Of a stretch of 64,000 nt of DNA, positions 10,985 through 21,928 are shown one piece after another. Origin of the DNA: a phage. A model generated the notes under the pieces. It did no database searches. It had not been told where the DNA came from and saw only the letters and a list, made by a program, of their open reading frames with translations. Position 1 is the stretch's first letter. Every line of letters begins with the position of its first letter. The stretch lies in sequence record PZ452594.1. The stretch is one strand, 5' to 3'. Both the position numbers and the translations under genes were made by a program.

Positions 10985-12115
10985 TTATGGATAGGTATAG
11001 ATGATACCAGTTTCTAAAGCAGTTTTATGAATGATGTATCCATTACGCGATTCTTGGACATCAACTTCTGGATAGTCTTTCATCATCTTCTGAAGAGTGT
11101 AACGATGCAAGTAGTACTTACTATCTGGATCGTCAGTTTTCCAATCTTTACCTTCTTCGGTCATTTTTTGGATTTCATCCATAACCCACCAACCGCACCA
11201 GATGTAAGCTGAAGTACGATGTGGAAGAGGATGAACATAAGGTAATTCACCTTCTGGCTCTGGAGCAACTTTATCAGTCACTTGAACTTGACCTTCTGCT
11301 GTAATAGTTTTACTATCATAGTCAGTAGCAGTAACAATTGCAGTAACTTCAATAGTTTGACTTCCAATAGATGAGGTATCAACGGTATATACATTAGTTG
11401 ACCCTTCTACAGGAGAAGAATCTTTCTTCCATGAATACGCAATTTGCGCTTCTTCTGGGGCATCAGTGACATTAGCAGTAAATGTAGCCGAAGCATCTTG
11501 CTGAACGTTAATAGAAGGAGGAGTCAATGTAACCTGTGGATTCATTGTCTTCTTATTAACTGTTAATGATACTTCATTAGAAGTAACTTCTTTTGCATCA
11601 TAATCTGTCGCGGTTACTTGAGCCACACACTTAATTGTTTTAACTCCGCTTGTGGTAGGAGTGTAATTGAATGTAGCAGAAGTTGCTTCGCCTACAGGAG
11701 AACCGTCAACGTGCCATTGATACGTAGCAGATGCACCTGATGGCTGCGAAGCTAAAGCGGCAGTAAATTCAATAGCTGTTCCGATTACTCCAGCGTCAGG
11801 GCTATTAGGAGTTACAGCTAAGGTGGTTGTTTGTGTCTTATTTTGAACTGTGATAGTTGTAGTAGCTTCTGCTGTTTCAGCTTCAGCTTCTGGAACTGTA
11901 TTTGTTGCAACTACTTTAATAGTCTTTTGACCGGCAGGTCCTTTTAGTACATAACTAAAAGTTGCTGACGTTTCTTCCTGTGGAACATCATCTACAGTCC
12001 AAGCATATGTAATAGGTCCATCTCCAGTTTGACCACTGGGTGTAGCAGTAAACTGCTGAGTCTGATCTATAACTCCAGTAGGTGTTTTAGGAGTTATATC
12101 AACTGTAAAAGCCAT
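10985..12115 (-). CDS. hoc: Hoc, highly immunogenic outer capsid protein (376 aa)
   Basis: 376 aa; repeated Ig-like modules (T/S-rich beta-strand repeats) plus C-terminal capsid-binding region; matches T4 Hoc length and position. Confidence 0.93.
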   Translation of the reverse strand: MAFTVDITPKTPTGVIDQTQQFTATPSGQTGDGPITYAWTVDDVPQEETSATFSYVLKGPAGQKTIKVVATNTVPEAEAETAEATTTITVQNKTQTTTLAVTPNSPDAGVIGTAIEFTAALASQPSGASATYQWHVDGSPVGEATSATFNYTPTTSGVKTIKCVAQVTATDYDAKEVTSNEVSLTVNKKTMNPQVTLTPPSINVQQDASATFTANVTDAPEEAQIAYSWKKDSSPVEGSTNVYTVDTSSIGSQTIEVTAIVTATDYDSKTITAEGQVQVTDKVAPEPEGELPYVHPLPHRTSAYIWCGWWVMDEIQKMTEEGKDWKTDDPDSKYYLHRYTLQKMMKDYPEVDVQESRNGYIIHKTALETGIIYTYP

Positions 12116-12124
12116 AAGTTATCC

Positions 12125-12805
12125 TTATTTTAATGTTACGAAAGAAGAATTGCGTGTTTCACGAATTAAAACTGATCCGTCACGGTTAATGTAATAAATT
12201 AAGCTAAATAAAGTTTGGTGTGCTGACGCATGCTCAAAACTTGTTGGGTGAGATTTCCAATCAGGAGTTTCAGCTATCCATTGATAAATCCACCAAGGAA
12301 CAGTACAGAATCCTGGATTTTTTCCAATCAACTGAAGATTCGGGCTAAAGTTTTCCGGAAGAGTAAATACAGACGGCTTTTCAGATTCAATAATCTCAGC
12401 TACAGCCTGTTCAAACTTTTCTTCAACAAAGGGAGTATCTTCAATCAAAACATCGGTATTTTCAGGAATTTTATCCGTTTCTACTACTTCAATTTTAATG
12501 TCAGATTTAACCGGAGAATCAATCAGAAGTGCTGCTTCTGGATTGACTTCTTCATCGTCATATTTTAATCCCTCTGCGGCATCAGCAGCATCAATTAAGT
12601 CTTTAATAGATAACCCATCAGTCTCCGGCATAGGTTCACTAGCAAGCTTCTGGAGGGCTTCTTCAATATCAACAACGATATTATCAAAAGATTTATTCTT
12701 TTTGACCTTTATACCAAACTGTTCAGCATATTCAGCTAATTTAGCTTTAGCTTCTTTGTTATCATCAAGAGCCTTCAGCTCTGCAATATAATCTTTATCT
12801 ATCAT
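12125..12805 (-). CDS. inh: Inh, inhibitor of prohead protease gp21 (226 aa)
   Basis: 226-aa acidic ORF adjacent to hoc, as in T4. Confidence 0.88.
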   Translation of the reverse strand: MIDKDYIAELKALDDNKEAKAKLAEYAEQFGIKVKKNKSFDNIVVDIEEALQKLASEPMPETDGLSIKDLIDAADAAEGLKYDDEEVNPEAALLIDSPVKSDIKIEVVETDKIPENTDVLIEDTPFVEEKFEQAVAEIIESEKPSVFTLPENFSPNLQLIGKNPGFCTVPWWIYQWIAETPDWKSHPTSFEHASAHQTLFSLIYYINRDGSVLIRETRNSSFVTLK

Positions 12806-12818
12806 AATATTTCCTCAG

Positions 12819-12826
12819 TATAAATA
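12819..12826 (+). promoter_or_regulatory. Late promoter motif upstream of uvsW
   Basis: Exact TATAAATA 30 nt before ATG 12856. Confidence 0.6.
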
Positions 12827-12855
12827 TAGATATATTTATTACATGGTATTTAGAC

Positions 12856-14367
12856 ATGACTGACATTAAAGTACATTTTTATGATTTTAGTCACGTGAGA
12901 ATTGATTGTGAAGAAAGTACATTTCATGAACTCCGTGATTTCTTTAGCTTTGAAGCTGATGGGTATCGTTTTAATCCGAAATACAAATATGGCCACTGGG
13001 ATGGACGAATCCGTCTTTTAGATTATAATCGTCTTCTTCCATTCGGCTTAGTCGGGCAAATTAAAAAGTTCTGTGATAACTTTGGCTATAAAGCCTGGAT
13101 TGACCCGCAAATTAACGAAAAAGAAGAATTATCAAGAAAAGATTTTGATGAATGGCTTTCTAAATTAGAAATCTATTCAGGAAATAAAAGAATTGAACCA
13201 CACTGGTATCAAAAAGATGCAGTGTTCGAAGGATTAGTTAATCGTCGTAGAATTCTTAATCTTCCAACATCCGCTGGTAAATCGTTAATTCAAGCTTTGC
13301 TTGCGCGATATTATTTGGAAAATTATGAAGGTAAAATTCTTATCATTGTTCCAACAACTGCTTTAACAACTCAGATGGCTGATGACTTCGTTGACTATCG
13401 TTTATTCAGTCATGCAATGATAAAGAAAATTGGTGGCGGAGCATCAAAAGATGATAAATATAAAAATGATGCACCAGTCGTTGTTGGTACATGGCAAACT
13501 GTAGTTAAACAACCGAAAGAATGGTTCTCACAGTTTGGAATGATGATGAATGATGAATGCCATCTTGCTACAGGAAAAAGTATTTCATCTATCATATCAG
13601 GTTTAAATAACTGCATGTTCAAATTCGGTTTGTCCGGTTCATTACGTGATGGCAAAGCTAATATCATGCAGTATGTTGGAATGTTTGGTGAAATATTTAA
13701 GCCAGTAACGACTTCTAAATTAATGGAAGATGGACAAGTAACTGAGCTAAAAATTAATAGTATTTTTCTTCGCTATCCAGATGAGTTCACTACTAAATTA
13801 AAGGGAAAAACTTATCAAGAAGAAATAAAAATTATTACTGGGCTTAGTAAAAGAAATAAATGGATCGCTAAATTAGCTATTAAGCTTGCGCAAAAAGATG
13901 AAAACGCTTTTGTCATGTTTAAACATGTATCACATGGTAAAGCTATTTTCGATTTAATTAAAAATGAATACGATAAAGTTTATTACGTATCAGGAGAAGT
14001 TGATACCGAAACCCGCAATATAATGAAAACCTTAGCTGAAAATGGTAAAGGAATAATTATAGTAGCTAGTTATGGTGTATTTTCTACTGGTATTTCAGTT
14101 AAAAATCTGCATCACGTTGTTTTAGCGCACGGTGTTAAATCAAAAATCATTGTATTACAAACAATCGGTCGTGTATTACGTAAGCATGGTTCTAAGACAA
14201 TAGCAACAGTCTGGGACCTCATAGATGATTGTGGTGTTAAGCCAAAATCTGCTAATACGAAAAAGAAATATGTTCATTTGAACTATCTTTTAAAACACGG
14301 CATTGATCGTATTCAGCGCTACGCAGATGAAAAATTCAATTACGTAATGAAAACAGTTAATTTATAA
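12856..14367 (+). CDS. uvsW: UvsW DNA/RNA helicase (503 aa)
   Basis: SF2 helicase motifs (Walker A LPTSAGKS, DExH-like NDECH); length and N-terminus as T4 UvsW; late promoter motif upstream. Confidence 0.95.
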   Translation: MTDIKVHFYDFSHVRIDCEESTFHELRDFFSFEADGYRFNPKYKYGHWDGRIRLLDYNRLLPFGLVGQIKKFCDNFGYKAWIDPQINEKEELSRKDFDEWLSKLEIYSGNKRIEPHWYQKDAVFEGLVNRRRILNLPTSAGKSLIQALLARYYLENYEGKILIIVPTTALTTQMADDFVDYRLFSHAMIKKIGGGASKDDKYKNDAPVVVGTWQTVVKQPKEWFSQFGMMMNDECHLATGKSISSIISGLNNCMFKFGLSGSLRDGKANIMQYVGMFGEIFKPVTTSKLMEDGQVTELKINSIFLRYPDEFTTKLKGKTYQEEIKIITGLSKRNKWIAKLAIKLAQKDENAFVMFKHVSHGKAIFDLIKNEYDKVYYVSGEVDTETRNIMKTLAENGKGIIIVASYGVFSTGISVKNLHHVVLAHGVKSKIIVLQTIGRVLRKHGSKTIATVWDLIDDCGVKPKSANTKKKYVHLNYLLKHGIDRIQRYADEKFNYVMKTVNL

Positions 14368-14381
14368 GGGCTTCGGCCCTT
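14366..14381 (+). terminator. UUCG-tetraloop hairpin at uvsW stop
   Basis: aagggc ttcg gccctt overlapping uvsW stop codon. Confidence 0.45.
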
Positions 14382-14392
14382 TGGAGAAAAAG

Positions 14393-14623
14393 ATGTTACT
14401 AGAATTTAAACAATTTCTTTATGAAGCTTCTATTGATGAATTTATGGGTAAAATTGCCTCTTGTCAAACATTAGAAGGTTTAGAAGAACTTGAAGCTTAT
14501 TATAAGAAAAGAGTCAAAGAAACTGAATTAAAAGATACTGATGACATCTCTGTGAGAGATGCTTTGGCAGGAAAAAGAGCTGAATTAGAAGATTCAGACG
14601 ATGAAGTAGAAGAAAGCTTTTAA
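14393..14623 (+). CDS. uvsW.1: UvsW.1 small acidic protein (76 aa)
   Basis: Track ORF starts at TTG 14381 inside the uvsW terminator hairpin; ATG at 14393 has GGAG RBS and gives 76 aa. Confidence 0.7.
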   Translation: MLLEFKQFLYEASIDEFMGKIASCQTLEGLEELEAYYKKRVKETELKDTDDISVRDALAGKRAELEDSDDEVEESF

Positions 14624-14678
14624 ATTAAAAAAGGCCCAACCAAAAAGGAAGGGCCAAAACTATAGACTAAAGGTCACA

Positions 14679-14846
14679 CTATAGCAAAAGTTGTGTTTCA
14701 TTTAATTGTTCTTCCGAACTTTCTGAAACTGGTAGTTCTTTAATGTAATTATAGCAAGGCCCAGGATGTACAGGACCTTTGTCTGTTTCAACAACCAATG
14801 CAGAATCGATTGGAGTTTTACAGACAACACAAATCTTATCTGACAT
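14679..14846 (-). CDS. Small CxxC-containing ORF (55 aa; positional equivalent of T4 uvsY.-2), absent from the ORF track
   Basis: Hand-translated: ATG at 14846 preceded by GAGGAG RBS; MSDKICVVCKTPIDSALVVETDKGPVHPGPCYNY...; stop TAG at 14679. Confidence 0.45.
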   Translation of the reverse strand: MSDKICVVCKTPIDSALVVETDKGPVHPGPCYNYIKELPVSESSEEQLNETQLLL

Positions 14847-14871
14847 GATTGTCTCCTCTGAATTATATATC

Positions 14872-14879
14872 TATTTATA
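14872..14879 (-). promoter_or_regulatory. Late promoter motif (minus strand) upstream of the 55-aa ORF
   Basis: Plus-strand TATTTATA = minus TATAAATA, 26 nt upstream of ATG 14846. Confidence 0.4.
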
Positions 14880-15099
14880 CAACTCTCATATGCATATCAA
14901 TGCCCATATCTTTAGAATAAAAATATTCATCAAGATATCCGGCAAATTTTCCTTTAATATAAAGGACATCTTCACCACACGGGTGGTCGGCCAGGATACG
15001 AATATCCTGACGCTTAAGATTATGCTTTTTCATTAAGAATTGAATCTCAGTTTCAAATTCTTCTTCATAATTAAAAGCATCATCAATGCTATATCTCAT
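14875..15099 (-). CDS. Hypothetical protein (74 aa; positional equivalent of T4 uvsY.-1)
   Basis: ORF immediately downstream of uvsY with overlapping stop/start. Confidence 0.6.
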   Translation of the reverse strand: MRYSIDDAFNYEEEFETEIQFLMKKHNLKRQDIRILADHPCGEDVLYIKGKFAGYLDEYFYSKDMGIDMHMRVV

Positions 15100-15512
15100 T
15101 ATTTTCCAGCCTCAAATGCTCGCATGTCTTGAATATGCTTAATAGCAAATCCACGTGATTTAATAGCATCAAGAGCTCCGCTACAGAAATCCAATAAAAT
15201 CCCCCAATACTGTAACGAGGTATCAACCTTTAAAACATCCTTATCAGCTGATAGAACTGTCTTCATTTCTGATTTCTCGTAACGATCCATACTAAATTCA
15301 TCACCATCTCCTCGTCCCGAGTAGTAGTCTAATTTAGCTTTAAGAGCAACTTTTTTCTGTGCATCAATTCTAAGCATTTCCTTTTTAATACTTGAATGCT
15401 TATTAAGCCATTTACTATATAACATCACATTATTAGCTGCTTCATACTGTAATTTAGTCGAATCTATAAACACATCTTTCTTCAATTCTTCTTGAAGATC
15501 TTCTAATTTCAT
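15099..15512 (-). CDS. uvsY: UvsY recombination mediator (137 aa)
   Basis: 137 aa, N-terminus MKLEDLQEELKKD; MotA-box middle promoter upstream. Confidence 0.95.
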   Translation of the reverse strand: MKLEDLQEELKKDVFIDSTKLQYEAANNVMLYSKWLNKHSSIKKEMLRIDAQKKVALKAKLDYYSGRGDGDEFSMDRYEKSEMKTVLSADKDVLKVDTSLQYWGILLDFCSGALDAIKSRGFAIKHIQDMRAFEAGK

Positions 15513-15552
15513 ATTGTTCTCTATTCAATTGTTATTGGATGGACTTAGATTC

Positions 15553-15579
15553 ATTATACCACGTTTATACGTGAAGCAT
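15553..15579 (-). promoter_or_regulatory. MotA-dependent middle promoter for uvsY
   Basis: Minus strand reads AATGCTTCA (MotA box, 15579-15572), 13-nt spacer, TATAAT (15558-15553); 41 nt upstream of uvsY ATG. Confidence 0.6.
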
Positions 15580-15977
15580 TATACTCTATTACTGGAAGCC
15601 AGCTGCAGTTTTATCTGCTCAATATCATCAGGGTTATCGATGACCGAAAAGCGTATTTCTACTATCAGAGTATAATCATCATAAACGGGTATCACATTAA
15701 CTGCTAATTTATCAATACGTGGCTCATAGTTTCTTACTGCGCTTTCGATATTGCGCTCAACTGTGTCAGCAGTAAGAGGAGTCATATTTTCAAAAAGTTG
15801 GTCTGATAAATCACATCCAAATTCAGGGTCAAACGGTCTTGAACCTTTTCTTGTTGTAATAATTCCCAAAAGACTGTTTTTAATTGACCTTAATCCAAGC
15901 GATCTGGAAACGTCTTTGTTCCAATCCATTTTCATTTCCGGGTCAATGTCAGAATAAAGCTTATTAATATTTGACAT
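15579..15977 (-). CDS. 25: Baseplate wedge protein gp25 (132 aa)
   Basis: 132-aa ORF matching T4 gp25 size and position next to gene 26. Confidence 0.93.
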   Translation of the reverse strand: MSNINKLYSDIDPEMKMDWNKDVSRSLGLRSIKNSLLGIITTRKGSRPFDPEFGCDLSDQLFENMTPLTADTVERNIESAVRNYEPRIDKLAVNVIPVYDDYTLIVEIRFSVIDNPDDIEQIKLQLASSNRV

Positions 15978-16603
15978 TATAGTAACTCAAAGAACTCTTT
16001 GAGGCCTCTTATTACGTGAGCATGGGTTTTTCCACACTCTGGACACTTAATTGGAACAGCCAAATAAACGGTAGGCTTTAAAAGCATATCTTTTATAGCT
16101 ACAATATCTGACTCTGTGATGATAGAATATAAATCTTCCAGTTCTTTTTCATTTAAGTCTTCAACTGGAATGCTTTCCCCGTTAGCGTGAATCGTTTCTA
16201 TACATGATACTATCATGTGGGCTATATTTTTATCATCAAAAATTTTAGGGTATCGGAATTTAATTTTAATGTCACCCAGTGTATACCAGAGGTCTTCTGG
16301 TGCATCTATTTGTGTATGTAATAGATTTATATGGGTTGGTATTTCAGTTCCACAGGTGCACTTCCAGGAGTTTTCGTGATTAACTTCGCCGAGAGAATGT
16401 GCCCATAAATGAATCAACAATAGTTCTGATTCTTGGCGGTTTAAATCTTTTGCATTTGTGCAGTCTTTGATTAGCTTTTTAACAATTACTTCTACAGAAC
16501 CATTATTTTTGGCAGTAATAAGTTCTAGATATTCTTTAAGCGTGAATGCGCGACAATTGATTATTTTAGAACCAACTCTCACGTCAAATTTATATTCATA
16601 CAT
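15977..16603 (-). CDS. 26: Baseplate hub subunit gp26 (208 aa)
   Basis: 208-aa ORF divergent from gene 51; late promoter motif on minus strand 22 nt upstream. Confidence 0.9.
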   Translation of the reverse strand: MYEYKFDVRVGSKIINCRAFTLKEYLELITAKNNGSVEVIVKKLIKDCTNAKDLNRQESELLLIHLWAHSLGEVNHENSWKCTCGTEIPTHINLLHTQIDAPEDLWYTLGDIKIKFRYPKIFDDKNIAHMIVSCIETIHANGESIPVEDLNEKELEDLYSIITESDIVAIKDMLLKPTVYLAVPIKCPECGKTHAHVIRGLKEFFELL

Positions 16604-16624
16604 ATTTAGCTCCTTTATTTATCA

Positions 16625-16636
16625 TATTTATAAATA
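16625..16636. promoter_or_regulatory. Palindromic divergent late promoters for genes 26 (minus) and 51 (plus)
   Basis: TATTTATAAATA: TATAAATA on plus at 16629-16636 and on minus at 16625-16632. Confidence 0.6.
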
Positions 16637-16653
16637 GAATAAAAGGAGCATCT

Positions 16654-17403
16654 ATGGCAAACATTATTCGTTGTAAATTACCAGATGGTGTTCATCGTTT
16701 TAAACCATTTACGGTAGAAGATTATCGAGATTTTTTGTTAGTTCGAAACGATATAGAACATCGGTCACCACAAGAACAAAAAGAAATAATTACTGATTTA
16801 ATTGATGATTATTTTGGAGACTATCCGAAGACTTGGCAACCATTTATATTTTTGCAGGTATTTGTAGGGTCGATAGGTAAAACTAAAGTACCGGTCACAT
16901 TTGTATGTCCAAAATGTAAAAAAGAAAAGACAGTTCCATTTGAAATATATCAAAAAGAATTAAAGGAACCTGTTTTTGATGTAGCTAATGTTAAAATTAA
17001 ATTAAAGTTTCCTTCTGAGTTTTATGAAAATAAAGCAAAGATGATTACTGAAAATATTCATTCTGTTCAAGTAGATGAAATGTGGTATGATTGGAAGGAA
17101 ATTAGCGAGTCCAGTCAAATAGAACTAGTTGACGCCATCGAGATAGAAACATTAGAAAAAATTCTCGATGCAATGAATCCTATTAATTTAACACTGCACA
17201 TGTCGTGTTGTAATAAGTATGTAAAAAAATACACTGATATAGTAGATGTGTTTAAGCTATTAGTTAACCCAGATGAAATATTTACTTTTTATCAAATTAA
17301 TCACACACTTGTAAAAAGTAATTATAGTTTAAATTCAATAATGAAAATGATTCCTGCTGAGCGCGGATTCGTATTAAAACTGATTGAGAAGGATAAACAA
17401 TAA
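16654..17403 (+). CDS. 51: Baseplate hub assembly catalyst gp51 (249 aa)
   Basis: 249-aa ORF with two CxxC pairs, upstream of gene 27; TATAAATA 18 nt upstream. Confidence 0.9.
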   Translation: MANIIRCKLPDGVHRFKPFTVEDYRDFLLVRNDIEHRSPQEQKEIITDLIDDYFGDYPKTWQPFIFLQVFVGSIGKTKVPVTFVCPKCKKEKTVPFEIYQKELKEPVFDVANVKIKLKFPSEFYENKAKMITENIHSVQVDEMWYDWKEISESSQIELVDAIEIETLEKILDAMNPINLTLHMSCCNKYVKKYTDIVDVFKLLVNPDEIFTFYQINHTLVKSNYSLNSIMKMIPAERGFVLKLIEKDKQ

Positions 17404-18575
17404 TGAGTATGTTGCAACGCCCCGGATATCCAAATCTCAGCGTTAAATTATTTGATAGCTACGACGCTTGGAGTAATAATAGATTTGTTGAATTAGCTGC
17501 TACTATTACCACATTAACTATGCGGGATTCTCTTTATGGCCGAAATGAAGGAATGCTGCAGTTTTATGATTCTAAAAACATCCATACAAAAATGGATGGA
17601 AATGAAATAATTCAGATTTCTGTAGCTAATGCAAACGATATTAATAATGTTAAAACACGAATTTATGGATGTAAGCATTTTTCCGTGTCAGTAGATTCAA
17701 AAGGTGATAACATCATTGCTATTGAATTAGGAACTATTCATTCTATAGAAAATCTTAAATTTGGTAGACCATTTTTCCCTGATGCAGGTGAATCTATAAA
17801 AGAAATGCTTGGCGTCATTTATCAGGATCGCACATTATTAACTCCAGCAATAAATGCTATAAATGCTTATGTTCCTGATATTCCGTGGACTAGCACATTT
17901 GAAAACTATTTGTCATATGTAAGAGAAGTTGCTCTAGCTGTAGGAAGCGACAAATTTGTATTTGTGTGGCAAGACATCATGGGAGTTAACATGATGGACT
18001 ATGATATGATGATAAATCAAGAACCATATCCAATGATTGTCGGTGAGCCATCTTTAATAGGTCAATTTGTCCAAGAATTAAAATATCCATTAGCATATGA
18101 TTTCGTTTGGTTGACTAAATCGAATCCTCACAAACGTGACCCAATGAAAAATGCTACTATCTATGCTCATTCATTTTTAGATTCTTCACTGCCAATGATT
18201 ACTACAGGAAAGGGTGAAAACTCTATTGTAGTGTCAAGGTCAGGTGCTTATTCTGAAATGACTTATAGGAATGGATATGAAGAAGCTATTCGTCTTCAAA
18301 CTATGGCACAATATGATGGCTATGCTAAATGTTCTACTGTCGGTAATTTTAACTTGACTCCTGGTGTTAAAATTATTTTTAATGATAGTAAAAACCAATT
18401 TAAAACAGAATTTTACGTTGATGAAGTTATCCATGAATTATCCAATAATAACTCAGTAACTCATCTATATATGTTCACTAATGCAACGAAACTGGAAACA
18501 ATAGACCCAGTTAAGGTTAAAAATGAATTTAAATCTGATACTACCACTGAAGAAAGTAGTTCTTCCAATAAGTAA
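17403..18575 (+). CDS. 27: Baseplate hub subunit gp27 (390 aa)
   Basis: 390-aa ORF, ATGA overlap with gene 51 stop. Confidence 0.93.
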   Translation: MSMLQRPGYPNLSVKLFDSYDAWSNNRFVELAATITTLTMRDSLYGRNEGMLQFYDSKNIHTKMDGNEIIQISVANANDINNVKTRIYGCKHFSVSVDSKGDNIIAIELGTIHSIENLKFGRPFFPDAGESIKEMLGVIYQDRTLLTPAINAINAYVPDIPWTSTFENYLSYVREVALAVGSDKFVFVWQDIMGVNMMDYDMMINQEPYPMIVGEPSLIGQFVQELKYPLAYDFVWLTKSNPHKRDPMKNATIYAHSFLDSSLPMITTGKGENSIVVSRSGAYSEMTYRNGYEEAIRLQTMAQYDGYAKCSTVGNFNLTPGVKIIFNDSKNQFKTEFYVDEVIHELSNNNSVTHLYMFTNATKLETIDPVKVKNEFKSDTTTEESSSSNK

Positions 18576-19056
18576 TAAAGAAGTTTCTATTCCTAAAATG
18601 GGTCTTAAACATTATAACATTTTAAAAGATGTTAAAGGTCCTGATGAAAATTTAAAACTTCTTATTGATTCTATTTGTCCGAATTTATCACCGGCAGAAG
18701 TTGATTTCGTTTCTATTCATTTATTGGAATTTAATGGAAAGATTAAATCTCGTAAAGAAATAGATGGTTATACTTATGACATTAATGATGTTTATGTGTG
18801 CCAAAGATTAGAATTTCAATACCAAGGAAATACATTTTATTTTAGACCTCCTGGAAAATTTGAACAATTTTTAACGGTGAGCGATATGTTATCCAAATGC
18901 TTGCTTAAGGTCAATGATGAAGTTAAAGAAATTAATTTTCTTGAGATGCCAGCATTCGTTTTAAAATGGGCAAATGATATTTTTACAACTTTAGCAATTC
19001 CTGGCCCTAATGGTCCAATAACCGGAATTGGCAATATTATTGGATTATTTGAATGA
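18523..19056 (+). CDS. 28: Baseplate hub distal subunit gp28 (177 aa)
   Basis: 177-aa ORF starting at ATG inside the 3-prime end of gene 27 (53-nt overlap). Confidence 0.85.
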   Translation: MNLNLILPLKKVVLPISNKEVSIPKMGLKHYNILKDVKGPDENLKLLIDSICPNLSPAEVDFVSIHLLEFNGKIKSRKEIDGYTYDINDVYVCQRLEFQYQGNTFYFRPPGKFEQFLTVSDMLSKCLLKVNDEVKEINFLEMPAFVLKWANDIFTTLAIPGPNGPITGIGNIIGLFE

Positions 19057-20825
19057 AAAAGCCACAAGAAATGCAAACGATGCGTAGAAAAGTTATTTCA
19101 GATAATAAACCAACACAGGAAGCGGCTAAATCCGCTTCCAACACTTTATCTGGACTTAACGATATATCTACGAAATTGGATGATGCTCAAGCTGCTTCTG
19201 AATTAATAGCTCAAACTGTCGAAGAAAAATCGAATGAAATAGTTGGAGCAATTGGTAACGTAGAAAACGCAGTGAGTGATACTACTGCTTGTTCTGAGTT
19301 AATTGCTGAAACTGTCGAAATTGGCAATAATATTAATAAAGAAATCGGTGAATCACTCGGGAGCAAATTAGATAAATTAACGAGTTTACTAGAGCAAAAA
19401 ATTCAGACAGCCGGAATTCAACAAACAGGAACTAGTTTAGCCACGGTTGAAAGCGCTATTCCTGTTAAAGTTGTTGAGGATGATACTGCTGAATCTGTGG
19501 GTCCTTTATTACCGGCTCCCGAAGCAGTTAATAATGATCCTGACGCTGATTTTTTCCCTGCCCCTCAGCCAGTTGAGCCAAAGCAAGAATCACCAGAAGA
19601 AAAACAGAAAAAAGAAGCATTTAACTTAAAATTATCTCAAGCTTTAGATAAATTAACAAAGACTGTTGATTTTGGATTTAAGAAATCCATTTCAATTAGT
19701 GATAAAATATCAAGCATGTTATTTAAGTACACCATCAGTGCTGCTATTGAAGCTGCTAAAATGACTGCAATGATATTGGCTGTTGTTGTTGGAATAGACC
19801 TGTTGATGGTTCATTTTAAATACTGGTCAGATAAATTTTCAAAAGCCTGGGATTTATTTAATACTGACTTTACTAAATTCTCTAGCGAAACCGGAACATG
19901 GGGTCCTTTATTACAGAGCATCTTTGATTCTATTGATAAAATTAAACAACTTTGGGAAGCGGGAGATTGGGGTGGATTGACAGCAGCTATTGTTGAAGGA
20001 CTCGGAAGTGTTCTTTTTAATTTAGGTGAACTTATTCAATTAGGTATGGCTAAATTATCTGCAGCAATTCTTCGAGTCATTCCTGGTATGAAGGATACTG
20101 CTGATGAAGTAGAAGGAAGAGCATTAGAAAATTTCCAAAATTCTACTGGAGCATCTCTCAATAAAGAAGACCAGGAAAAAGTTGCAAATTATCAGTACAA
20201 AAGAATGAATGGAGACCTTGGCCCGATAGCAAAAGGATTAGATAAAATTGCTAATTGGAAAACTCGTGCATCTAATTGGATTCGTGGGGTTGATAATAAA
20301 GAAGCACTAACAACTGATGAAGAGAGAGCAGAGGAAGAAGAAAAATTAAAGCAGCTTTCTCCAGAGGAAGCTAAAATTGCTTTAATGAAAGCTAATGAAG
20401 CTCGTGCTGCTATGAATCGTTTTGAAAAATATGCCGATTCAGCTGATATGAGTAAAGACTCAACGGTTAAATCAGTTGAAGCTGCCTATGAAGACCTTAA
20501 AAAACGGATGGATGACCCGGATTTAAATAATTCACCGGCAGTTAAAAAAGAACTTGCTGCTAGATTTTCTAAAATTGATGCTACTTATCAAGAGCTCAAG
20601 AAAAATCAGCCTAATGCCAAACCTGAAACTTCTGCTAAATCACCAGAAGCGAAACAAGTCCAGGTGATTGAAAAGAACAAAGCACAGCAAGCTCCTGTTC
20701 AACAAGCATCTCCTTCGATCAATAATACTAATAATGTTATTAAGAAAAATACTGTCGTTCATAATATGACACCTGTCACAAGCACAACTGCTCCTGGTGT
20801 ATTTGATGCGACTGGGGTTAATTAA
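19053..20825 (+). CDS. 29: Baseplate hub / tail-length determinator gp29 (590 aa)
   Basis: 590 aa, long alpha-helical low-complexity central region typical of a tape-measure protein. Confidence 0.9.
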   Translation: MKKPQEMQTMRRKVISDNKPTQEAAKSASNTLSGLNDISTKLDDAQAASELIAQTVEEKSNEIVGAIGNVENAVSDTTACSELIAETVEIGNNINKEIGESLGSKLDKLTSLLEQKIQTAGIQQTGTSLATVESAIPVKVVEDDTAESVGPLLPAPEAVNNDPDADFFPAPQPVEPKQESPEEKQKKEAFNLKLSQALDKLTKTVDFGFKKSISISDKISSMLFKYTISAAIEAAKMTAMILAVVVGIDLLMVHFKYWSDKFSKAWDLFNTDFTKFSSETGTWGPLLQSIFDSIDKIKQLWEAGDWGGLTAAIVEGLGSVLFNLGELIQLGMAKLSAAILRVIPGMKDTADEVEGRALENFQNSTGASLNKEDQEKVANYQYKRMNGDLGPIAKGLDKIANWKTRASNWIRGVDNKEALTTDEERAEEEEKLKQLSPEEAKIALMKANEARAAMNRFEKYADSADMSKDSTVKSVEAAYEDLKKRMDDPDLNNSPAVKKELAARFSKIDATYQELKKNQPNAKPETSAKSPEAKQVQVIEKNKAQQAPVQQASPSINNTNNVIKKNTVVHNMTPVTSTTAPGVFDATGVN

Positions 20826-20833
20826 GGAATAAT

Positions 20834-21928
20834 ATGGCAATTGTCAAAGAAATAACTGCTGATTTAATTAAAAAGTCCGGTGAGAAAATTTCAGCCGGGC
20901 AGAGTACTAAATCAGAAGTAGGAACTAAAACATACACTGCCCAGTTTCCAACTGGGCGTGCTAGTGGTAATGACACTACAGGGGACTTCCAGGTAACAGA
21001 TCTATATAAGAATGGATTATTATTTACTGCATACAATATGTCATCTAGGGATTCTGGAAGTCTTAGATCGATGAGATCTAACTACTCTTCTTCATCTTCG
21101 AGTATTTTACGTACAGCTAGAAACACTATTAGTAGTACAGTATCAAAACTATCAAATGGATTAATATCAAATAATAATTCAGGAACAATAAGTAAAGCTC
21201 CTATCGCAAACATTCTTTTACCGAGATCTAAATCTGATGTTGATACATCATCACATAGATTTAATGATGTTCAAGAAAGCCTTATCAGTAGAGGCGGAGG
21301 TACTGCTACTGGAGTGCTAAGTAATATTGCTTCAACCGCAGTATTTGGGGCGTTGGAAAGTATAACACAAGGTATAATGGCTGATAATAATGAACAGATT
21401 TATACGACAGCCAGAAGTATGTATGGTGGTGCTGAAAATAGAACTAAAGTGTTTACATGGGATTTGACTCCACGTTCAACAGAAGATTTAATGGCTATTA
21501 TTAATATCTATCAATATTTTAACTATTTTTCTTATGGCGAAACGGGTAAATCTCAATATGCTGCTGAAATAAAGGGGTATTTAGATGATTGGTATCGTTC
21601 TACGTTAATTGAACCTTTATCTCCGGAAGACGCAGCTAAAAATAAAACACTATTTGAGAAAATGACATCGAGCTTAACTAACGTTCTAGTAGTTTCAAAC
21701 CCGACAGTTTGGATGGTGAAAAACTTTGGTGCAACATCTAAGTTTGATGGAAAAACGGAAATATTTGGTCCATGTCAAATACAGAGCATTAGATTTGATA
21801 AAACACCTAATGGTAACTTTAACGGATTAGCTATTGCTCCAAACCTCCCTAGTACATTTACTCTCGAGATTACTATGAGAGAAATTATCACGTTAAACCG
21901 TGCTTCTTTATATGCGGGGACTTTTTAA
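20834..21928 (+). CDS. 48: Baseplate tail-tube cap gp48 (364 aa)
   Basis: 364-aa ORF at the T4 gp48 position. Confidence 0.9.
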   Translation: MAIVKEITADLIKKSGEKISAGQSTKSEVGTKTYTAQFPTGRASGNDTTGDFQVTDLYKNGLLFTAYNMSSRDSGSLRSMRSNYSSSSSSILRTARNTISSTVSKLSNGLISNNNSGTISKAPIANILLPRSKSDVDTSSHRFNDVQESLISRGGGTATGVLSNIASTAVFGALESITQGIMADNNEQIYTTARSMYGGAENRTKVFTWDLTPRSTEDLMAIINIYQYFNYFSYGETGKSQYAAEIKGYLDDWYRSTLIEPLSPEDAAKNKTLFEKMTSSLTNVLVVSNPTVWMVKNFGATSKFDGKTEIFGPCQIQSIRFDKTPNGNFNGLAIAPNLPSTFTLEITMREIITLNRASLYAGTF

